Of a stretch of DNA of 52,856 nucleotides, positions 47,021 through 52,856 are shown piece after piece; position 1 is the stretch's first letter, and the number at the start of each line of letters is the position of its first letter. Source of the stretch: Oscillospiraceae bacterium (GTDB lineage Bacteria; Bacillota; Clostridia; Oscillospirales; Oscillospiraceae); contig JAFSXE010000107.1 of NCBI GenBank assembly GCA_017444195.1, forward strand, positions 1 through 52,856, given 5' to 3'. Position numbers and translations under genes: made by a program. The notes beneath the pieces were generated by a model. It was not told the origin of the DNA, ran no database searches, and worked only from the letters and a program-made list of their open reading frames with translations.

Positions 47021-47275
47021 GTGACCGCAGGCATCCGCCCCGTCCATATCGATCTTGCACAGCAGGGTATCCCCGCCGAGATCGAAGTCTGCGAGATGAT
47101 GGGCTCCGAAATGCATCTGCACGCCACCGTGAACGGCAAGGACATCATCATCGTCGTGCCGACGACGGACTACAAGCCCGATCAGTTCGCCGGCGGCAAC
47201 GTCCCCGTCAACTTCACGTTCGACACGAGCCTGCTGCATCTGTTCAATCCGGAAACCGGCAAGAACCTGTTCTGA
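47021..47275 (+). pseudogene. C-terminal (TOBE/MalK regulatory domain) part of the same ABC ATPase, in the same frame
   Basis: GIRPVHI...EVCEMMGSEMHLH...HLFNPETGKNL is the usual MsmX C-terminus. 46997-47020 is open in the same frame. Confidence 0.8.
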
Positions 47276-47285
47276 TACCGATTAT

Positions 47286-47321
47286 AAAAAAGAACCGCAA
47301 CACATGTTGCGGTTCTTTTTT
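47286..47321. terminator. Bidirectional intrinsic terminator
   Basis: agaaccgcaac / gttgcggttct stem flanked by an A run and a T run, between convergent genes. Confidence 0.75.
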
Positions 47322-47327
47322 ATGCTT

Positions 47328-48833
47328 TTACTTGATCGGCTCTGCCGCGTTTTTCTGGATCACGTCGTGCGCGCCGCCCTCTTTGATGCTGACTGCGGAA
47401 ACGAGCGTCAGCACCGCGTTTTTCTGCAATTCGGGAATCGACAGCGCGCCACAGTTGCACATCGTCGAGCGCACCTTGCTCATCGTTGTCGCCACGTTGT
47501 CCTTGAGCTTGCCGGCGTAAGGTACGTAGGAATCCACGCCCTCCTCAAACGAGAGTTTTTTATCGCCGCCGAGGTCGTATCGCTGCCAGTTGCGCGCACG
47601 CGCCGAGCCCTCGCCCCAGTACTCTTTATAGTACGTGCCGCCGATGTTGATTTTCTGCGTCGGGCTTTCATCAAAGCGCGCAAAATATCTGCCCAGCATG
47701 ATAAAATCCGCACCCATCGCCAGCGCAAGCGTCACGTGATGATCGTAGACGATGCCGCCGTCGGAGCAAACGGGAACATAGACGCCGGTTTCCTCGAAAT
47801 AGCGGTCGCGTTCGTGGCAGACTTCGATCAGCGCCGTCGCCTGTCCCCTGCCGATGCCCTTGGTTTCGCGCGTGATGCAGATCGAGCCGCCGCCGATGCC
47901 GACCTTGACAAAGTCCGCACCGCAGTCGGCAAGGAAGCGGAAGCCCTCCGCGCTGACAACGTTGCCTGCGCCAACCTTGACCGTATCGCCGTATTGGGCG
48001 CGAATCCATTGGATCGTTCGCTTCTGCCATTCGGAAAAGCCCTCGGAGGAGTCGATGCAAAGCACGTCTGCGCCGGCAGCCAAGAGCGCCGGTACGCGCG
48101 TTTCATAGTCGCGCGTGTTGATGCCTGCGCCCACAACGTACCGCTTGTCCGCATCGAGCAGTTCATCGGGGTTTTCCTTGTGGCTTTCATAGTCCTTGCG
48201 GAACACGAAGTGCAGCAGCCGCCCGTTCTTATCCACGATCGGCAGCGAATTGAGTTTGTGATCCCAAATAATGTCGTTTGCATCCTTGAGCGTCGTGCCT
48301 TCCGGCGCACAGATCAGTTTTTCCAGCGGCGTCATGAATTCAGACACCTTCAGATCCGGCGCCATGCGGCTGACGCGATAATCCCGACTCGTAACGATGC
48401 CGAGCAGTTTGCCGTTTGCCGTGCCGTCATCCGTGACGGCGGCGGTGGAATGCCCCGTGCGCTCCTTGAGCGCGACCACGTCCGCCAGCGTATCATCGGG
48501 GCGGAGGTTGGAATCGCTGGTGACGAAACCCGCCTTGTGATTCTTGGCGCGCGCGACCATTGCCGCCTCGTTTTCCACGGACTGCGAGCCGTAGATAAAC
48601 GAAATGCCGCCCTCTTTTGCCAAGGCAACTGCAAGACGGTCGCCGGACACGGACTGCATAATTGCGGAAACAAGCGGAATATTCATTGTGATCGCCGAAG
48701 TTTCGCCCTTTCGGAACTTGACCAGCGGCGTTTTCAGCGACACGTTGGCAGGTACGCATTCCGACGAGGAATACCTCGGAATGAGCAGGTATTCATTAAA
48801 CGTGCGTGACGGCTCGGGAATAACAACCGACAT
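47328..48833 (-). CDS. guaB: IMP dehydrogenase (with CBS pair)
   Basis: [12 protein letters not shown] catalytic-Cys loop and GGIVYDHH. Start at MSVVIPEPS. Confidence 0.9.
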   Translation of the reverse strand: MSVVIPEPSRTFNEYLLIPRYSSSECVPANVSLKTPLVKFRKGETSAITMNIPLVSAIMQSVSGDRLAVALAKEGGISFIYGSQSVENEAAMVARAKNHKAGFVTSDSNLRPDDTLADVVALKERTGHSTAAVTDDGTANGKLLGIVTSRDYRVSRMAPDLKVSEFMTPLEKLICAPEGTTLKDANDIIWDHKLNSLPIVDKNGRLLHFVFRKDYESHKENPDELLDADKRYVVGAGINTRDYETRVPALLAAGADVLCIDSSEGFSEWQKRTIQWIRAQYGDTVKVGAGNVVSAEGFRFLADCGADFVKVGIGGGSICITRETKGIGRGQATALIEVCHERDRYFEETGVYVPVCSDGGIVYDHHVTLALAMGADFIMLGRYFARFDESPTQKINIGGTYYKEYWGEGSARARNWQRYDLGGDKKLSFEEGVDSYVPYAGKLKDNVATTMSKVRSTMCNCGALSIPELQKNAVLTLVSAVSIKEGGAHDVIQKNAAEPIK

Positions 48834-48906
48834 TGACAAACACTCCTTCTTTCGTTCTTTTTCTTGTTTTTCATCATACAGGATTTTGCCTGCCTTGTCA
48901 ATGAAG

Positions 48907-48941
48907 AAACGGTCTTTTGCATAATGCAAAAGACCGTTTTT
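48907..48941 (-). terminator. Hairpin terminator after the DeoR-family gene
   Basis: Near-perfect palindrome aaacggtcttttgcat a atgcaaaagaccgttt. Confidence 0.55.
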
Positions 48942-48942
48942 C

Positions 48943-49716
48943 TCACTTATACAAGACGCTCACGCCCTGCCGCCGCAGGTCGGCAATTGCCTGCCGATCG
49001 GCGGACGGATCGGTGACAAGCCGCGTTGCCGCGCCGATATCGGCAACGAAGGAAAAACCTTCAATGCCGATCTTGCCGCCGGCGGCGGCAATGATCGTCT
49101 CCGACGCGCGTTCCATCATCAGCCGTTCCTTGACCGCCTCTTCGGCGTGGTACGTGGAAAGCCCGTTTTTCGAGCAGACGCCGTCCATGCCCAAAATGGC
49201 AAAATCCGCGCGATAGGTACGCAGCTGCTCCTGCGCGTTGGTGCCGTAGGTGAACGCGTATTGTGCATTGACCTCACCGCCGAGCAGGATTACGCGGAAC
49301 GTCGGCAGCGCGCCGAGTTCCTGCGCAATCGACAGCGAATTGGTCACGATATTCAAGTTCTTATATCGCTTGAGTTCCACCGCAACGTAATACGTCGTCG
49401 TGCCGGAATTGAGAAACAGCGTGTTGCCGTCGCGGATCAGCGACGCCGTGAGCGCCGCGATATGCTTCTTCGCCGCGCGATCAAGCTGCTTCCGACGCTG
49501 AAACTCCAAACTGTAATAGCCGCTGACAGTCTGCACCGCGCCGCCCTGTACGCGCTCCAAATGCCCCTCGATTGCCAGCGCGTCGAGGTCGGAGCGGATC
49601 GTCACCGTCGTCGCGCCGAGCATCTGCGCAAGCTGCGATACGCGCACCTGTCCGTCCCGATGCAGCATTTCCAAAATCTTGCTGCGGCGGACGTCGATTT
49701 TCAGCCCCGACGCCAT
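48943..49716 (-). CDS. DeoR-family transcriptional regulator
   Basis: N-terminal HTH ([38 protein letters not shown]) plus a sugar-phosphate-binding C-terminal domain. Confidence 0.85.
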   Translation of the reverse strand: MASGLKIDVRRSKILEMLHRDGQVRVSQLAQMLGATTVTIRSDLDALAIEGHLERVQGGAVQTVSGYYSLEFQRRKQLDRAAKKHIAALTASLIRDGNTLFLNSGTTTYYVAVELKRYKNLNIVTNSLSIAQELGALPTFRVILLGGEVNAQYAFTYGTNAQEQLRTYRADFAILGMDGVCSKNGLSTYHAEEAVKERLMMERASETIIAAAGGKIGIEGFSFVADIGAATRLVTDPSADRQAIADLRRQGVSVLYK

Positions 49717-50312
49717 TACTTCTTATTGAGACGCTCGCCGACCGCACCGCCCGGATGAATGAGCGCAAACTGCTCATTGCGGTAGCCGGTCTGCTCGATC
49801 AGCGCCGCCTGAAGCGCGTGGAAGATCACGCACAGCGCCGTCGTGGACGTCGTACCCTGCGAATTCCATTTATCGGTTTCGCGGTTGACGTGCTGTTTCA
49901 GCACGATATCCGCCTGCTGCGCCAGCGGCGATTCGAGATTCTCCGTCACGGTGATGATCGTCACGCCCTTCGCCTTGCAGATATCCACGATCGGCAGCAG
50001 TTCCTTCGTCTTGCCGCCGCGCGACGCGAACACCATCACGTCACCCTTCTGCAAAAAGCCCGTTGCGCCGTGCACCGCCTCCGCTGGCGAGATAAACCGC
50101 GCCGGACGCTCGATGCAGCACATCAGATGCGCAAAGTGCTGGCAGATGATTCCGGAATGTCCGCAGCCCGCCGCGCCGATGCGCGGCGCTTTTGCCAGCA
50201 CGTCCACCGCCGCGCCAAACGCCGCGTCGTCAAAATATGCCAGTTCCTCGCGGATGCACTCCGCCTCGATCTCGTACGCTTCCCGCGCCGCCTTCAATGC
50301 CGCTTCCTTCAT
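49716..50312 (-). CDS. SIS-domain sugar-phosphate isomerase/binding protein
   Basis: GAAGCGHSG...VMVFASRGGKTKEL...GVTIITVTEN is an SIS pattern. GAGGAG SD before the ATG at 50312. TAATG overlap with the DeoR gene. Confidence 0.8.
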   Translation of the reverse strand: MKEAALKAAREAYEIEAECIREELAYFDDAAFGAAVDVLAKAPRIGAAGCGHSGIICQHFAHLMCCIERPARFISPAEAVHGATGFLQKGDVMVFASRGGKTKELLPIVDICKAKGVTIITVTENLESPLAQQADIVLKQHVNRETDKWNSQGTTSTTALCVIFHALQAALIEQTGYRNEQFALIHPGGAVGERLNKK

Positions 50313-50416
50313 AAAAAAGACTCCTCTCTCGTAAACGAAAATATTATTTTCTTTTTCGTTTTGTTTTTCGCTTTTTTCTTGTCTATGGTAGCACAATCGG
50401 AAAAAATTTGCAATCC

Positions 50417-50430
50417 CGTTTTGCAAAACG
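50417..50430. promoter_or_regulatory. 14-bp perfect palindrome CGTTTTGCAAAACG, a candidate operator in the divergent control region
   Basis: Read directly. A TTTGCAA half-site recurs 13 nt upstream, and AAACGAAA-type repeats lie nearby. Confidence 0.4.
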
Positions 50431-50452
50431 AAAGCATCATTTTCTTCTTCGG

Positions 50453-50481
50453 TTGACATCATCCGCGCTTTTTCCTATAAT
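50453..50481 (+). promoter_or_regulatory. Consensus sigma-A promoter (TTGACA, 17 nt, TATAAT)
   Basis: Exact consensus hexamers with a 17-nt spacer, about 30 nt upstream of the ATG at 50511. Confidence 0.65.
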
Positions 50482-50510
50482 GAAAAAAACAAAAACGGAG
50501 GGAAACTGCC

Positions 50511-51224
50511 ATGTTCCAAGGCTGCAAAATCAAGGCGCCGTTCTTTGAGATCGGTCCGAAATCCTATCTGTACGGCGACGATATTCTCGATCTCGCCAAG
50601 GCGGCGGACGCCGCAAGCGAAAAGTACAAGGTCGATATCATCTTCACCTGCCCGCTCGTCGAGCTGCGCCGCGTGAAGGAAGCGACGAAGTTCATCCATG
50701 TCTTCGCGCCGCACATGGATCCGCTGAAGCCGGGCCGCGGCCTTGCCGATACGCTGCCGGAGTCGCTCGTTGCCGCCGGTGCGGAGGGCGTCATGCTCAA
50801 CCACTGCGAAAAGCAGATCTCCACGGCAACGCTCCGCGAAACGATCCTGCGCGCCGATGAAGTCGGTCTGACCACGATCGTCTGCGCCGACTCGATCGCC
50901 GAAGCGTCCGCAATCGCGCATCTTGCGCCGAATATCATCGTTGCCGAGCCGTCCGAGCTGATCGGCACGGGCAAAGCAAGCGACATCGAATACGTCGAAG
51001 CGTCCACGCGCAGCGTCAAGGAAGTCAACCCCGATATTCTCGTTTTGCAGGGCGCGGGCATCAAGTGCTATGACGACGTCTACCGCAATATCTTCGCCGG
51101 CGCCGACGCCACGGGCTCGTCCAGCGGCATCGTCGCGCTGCCCACGCGTGAAGCGCGCAATCAAATGGTCGACGATATGATCCGCGCCGTCCGCGAAGCG
51201 TGGGACGCGCGCCACAACAAGTAA
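50511..51224 (+). CDS. Archaeal-type triosephosphate isomerase family paralog
   Basis: MLNHCEKQ, VAEPSELIGTG and VLQGAGI line up with remembered archaeal TIM blocks (INHSEKR, VEPPELIGTG, VLCGAGI). GGAGGG SD. Confidence 0.7.
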   Translation: MFQGCKIKAPFFEIGPKSYLYGDDILDLAKAADAASEKYKVDIIFTCPLVELRRVKEATKFIHVFAPHMDPLKPGRGLADTLPESLVAAGAEGVMLNHCEKQISTATLRETILRADEVGLTTIVCADSIAEASAIAHLAPNIIVAEPSELIGTGKASDIEYVEASTRSVKEVNPDILVLQGAGIKCYDDVYRNIFAGADATGSSSGIVALPTREARNQMVDDMIRAVREAWDARHNK

Positions 51225-51256
51225 GCAAACAATTTATATAAACGGAGGAAGAAAAA

Positions 51257-51877
51257 ATGGAATTCAAAGTTGTTCAGAAAGAACTCGAGCTCCAGTCCCG
51301 CGGCTGGATCCCCACCTTCCACGACGTCACGACCGATATCGTGAAGATCGTTGAAGAATCCGGCGTGAAGAACGGCACCTGCTGCATCGCGTCCCACCAC
51401 ACGACCTGCTCGGTCATGGTGCAGGAATGCTCCCACGACTTCGACACGTTCGATCTCGAGTACCTGCAGCACGACCTGCTCGACATCATGCGCAAACTGA
51501 TCCCCGACTTTGCCGAGGAGCATCAGTATCGCCATCCCGGTCCCATCCACGCGCAGTTCGGCCGCTACGTTGACGAGCCGGGCAACTACACCTCGATGAA
51601 CACCGACGGCCATCTGCGCAGCGTGTTCTTCGGCAGAAGCGAAACCATGACCATCAAGGACGGCAAACTCGACGGCGGCGAATTCGCCCACGTCTACTTC
51701 ATCGACTGGGATCACGTCCGCGCCCGTCATCGTCAGCTGAACGTGACCGTCATGGGCACGACCGACGAAGTCGAGAGCCGCAAGTACAACGACGGCAAAG
51801 TCATCAACACCCTCCGCAAGTTCCCCGCCGAAGAAAAGGCCTATATGGCGCAGTTCGACGAGTGGAAGAAGAGATAA
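51257..51877 (+). CDS. YjbQ/UPF0047-family protein, longer than the usual family size
   Basis: NGTCCIASHHTTCSV...NTDGHLRS...TIKDGKLDGGEFAHVYFIDWD pattern. Confidence 0.7.
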   Translation: MEFKVVQKELELQSRGWIPTFHDVTTDIVKIVEESGVKNGTCCIASHHTTCSVMVQECSHDFDTFDLEYLQHDLLDIMRKLIPDFAEEHQYRHPGPIHAQFGRYVDEPGNYTSMNTDGHLRSVFFGRSETMTIKDGKLDGGEFAHVYFIDWDHVRARHRQLNVTVMGTTDEVESRKYNDGKVINTLRKFPAEEKAYMAQFDEWKKR

Positions 51878-51886
51878 GTTTTTCCG

Positions 51887-51915
51887 AAAAAACGGCGCGT
51901 GAGCGCCGTTTTTTC
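51887..51915 (+). terminator. Intrinsic terminator
   Basis: aacggcgc / gcgccgtt stem followed by a T run. Confidence 0.7.
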
Positions 51916-51974
51916 TTGCATTTTTGAACTTCTCTTTTTATAATGAAAATAGAACGATGCGGGAGGGCTGCGCT

Positions 51975-52571
51975 ATGACGAACAAGATTTTCACGATCAG
52001 CCGCGAGTATTGCAGCGGCGGCAGAACGGTCGGCGAAATGCTGGCGAAAAAACTCGGTATTCCCCTCTATGACAAGGAATTCGTGGACGCGATGGCGCAG
52101 GAATGCGGCTTTTCGCATGAATTTATCGAGGAGATCGGCGAATACGCCACCGTGACGAACAGTTTTCTGTTCTCGATTGCCGTCAGCACGCACATGGACG
52201 GCAGCACGAATATGATCACCGCCGCCGACCGCCTTTACGCCTGCCAGGCGAATTACATTCAGGAACTCGCCGAAAAAGGGCCGTGCGTTATTGTCGGTCG
52301 CTGCGCGGACTATATCCTGCGCGATGATCCGAACGCCGTCCACGCGTTCCTCTATGCCGACTTCAAGCAGCGCATCTCGCATATGAATGCGAACGGACTT
52401 TCCGAAAAGGAGGCGGCAAAGCTGCTCAAAGAAAAGGACGGCAGACGGCGCGTCTACTATAAGCACTATACGGGACGCAACTGGGGCGAGCCGCAGAATT
52501 ACGACATCTGCCTCAACACCGCCCGCCTGGGTCTGGAAAAGACAACCGATATTTTGGCAAGTATGGCATAA
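51975..52571 (+). CDS. Cytidylate kinase-like family protein
   Basis: FTISREYCSGGRTVGEMLAKKLGIPLYDKEF is typical of this family. GGGAGGG SD before the ATG at 51975. Confidence 0.75.
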   Translation: MTNKIFTISREYCSGGRTVGEMLAKKLGIPLYDKEFVDAMAQECGFSHEFIEEIGEYATVTNSFLFSIAVSTHMDGSTNMITAADRLYACQANYIQELAEKGPCVIVGRCADYILRDDPNAVHAFLYADFKQRISHMNANGLSEKEAAKLLKEKDGRRRVYYKHYTGRNWGEPQNYDICLNTARLGLEKTTDILASMA

Positions 52572-52593
52572 GAAAAACCGCGTCGGAATGATT

Positions 52594-52856
52594 GGGCGGC
52601 GCAGATTAGGGATTATGCAGCCGTAAAGCGGATCTTTTTGCGCAAACCTGCGTTATCACAAGAGGGAATCCACAAAGGATTCCCTCTTTCTCTGCCTTGT
52701 CTTGCACAAAAATCTCTCGCTTTACGGTGCTGCGCAGTTTTGAAGCTGCAATTTTTCGTCCGGACAAAGCACAAAAATGAGGTCATCCTGTCGGATGACC
52801 TCATTTTTTAATGCAGTACGGGCGGAAAAGGGCGGTTCAAAACCTACATACTCCCT
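52594..52856 (-). repeat. Inverted copy of the family A element, cut by the window end inside its terminal repeat
   Basis: The reverse complement aligns base for base with 10025-10287. There are two single-base differences and one flipped 4-nt hairpin loop. Confidence 0.9.

Noticed and set aside
1383-50430. Recurring TTTTGCAA(G/A) motif (near 1383, 1410, 27155, 44757 and 50420) as a shared regulator site
   Set aside because: The motif overlaps the generic -35-like TTGCAA in AT-rich intergenic DNA. Without a statistical test or orthologous alignments the recurrence is not convincing.
1-52856. Many other long antisense or off-frame ORFs in the track (for example 455-1267, 1737-2852, 5818-7302, 7781-9406, 11190-12761, 21008-22021, 22271-23455, 23830-24930, 29977-32160, 32885-34249, 46100-47239, 47304-48809, 50475-51215)
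   Set aside because: Each lies opposite or out of frame with a gene that has unmistakable family motifs. Their products are Arg-rich nonsense typical of high-GC shadow frames.

Overview
This window is a high-GC Firmicutes/Clostridia chromosome segment. The taxon is an inference from the sporulation genes yabP-yabQ-divIC, spoVT and ricT, the Bacillus-type long SRP RNA, SLH domains and GGAGG ribosome-binding sites. Most of it is housekeeping, largely on the minus strand: alr, a FemAB-family gene, uvrB, rsmG, metG, tpiA, pgk, trmL, acpP, rpoD, dnaG, a dGTPase, yigZ, hflX, rpmE, a PpiC-type foldase, an aminotransferase, ricT, holB, spoVT and guaB. RNA genes are tRNA-Leu(CAA) and an SRP RNA. Accessory content is as follows. 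(1) A visibly AT-richer six-gene islet lies beside tRNA-Leu. (2) A giant surface-protein gene has its signal-peptide part and its SLH-anchor part in one reading frame, separated by a single TAG. It sits downstream of a LytS-type kinase / REC-SARP regulator pair. (3) An MsmX/MalK-like ABC ATPase gene is interrupted by one in-frame TAA. (4) A DeoR/SIS locus faces an archaeal-type TIM paralog and a YjbQ-family gene. (5) A non-coding element of about 277 bp with terminal inverted repeats is present in three copies, and both window ends fall inside copies. A second element of the same size (279 bp) shares a core with it. All product calls come from reading motifs in the supplied translations. No database search or folding program was run. 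No CRISPR array, transposase, integrase or recognisable defence operon was seen.
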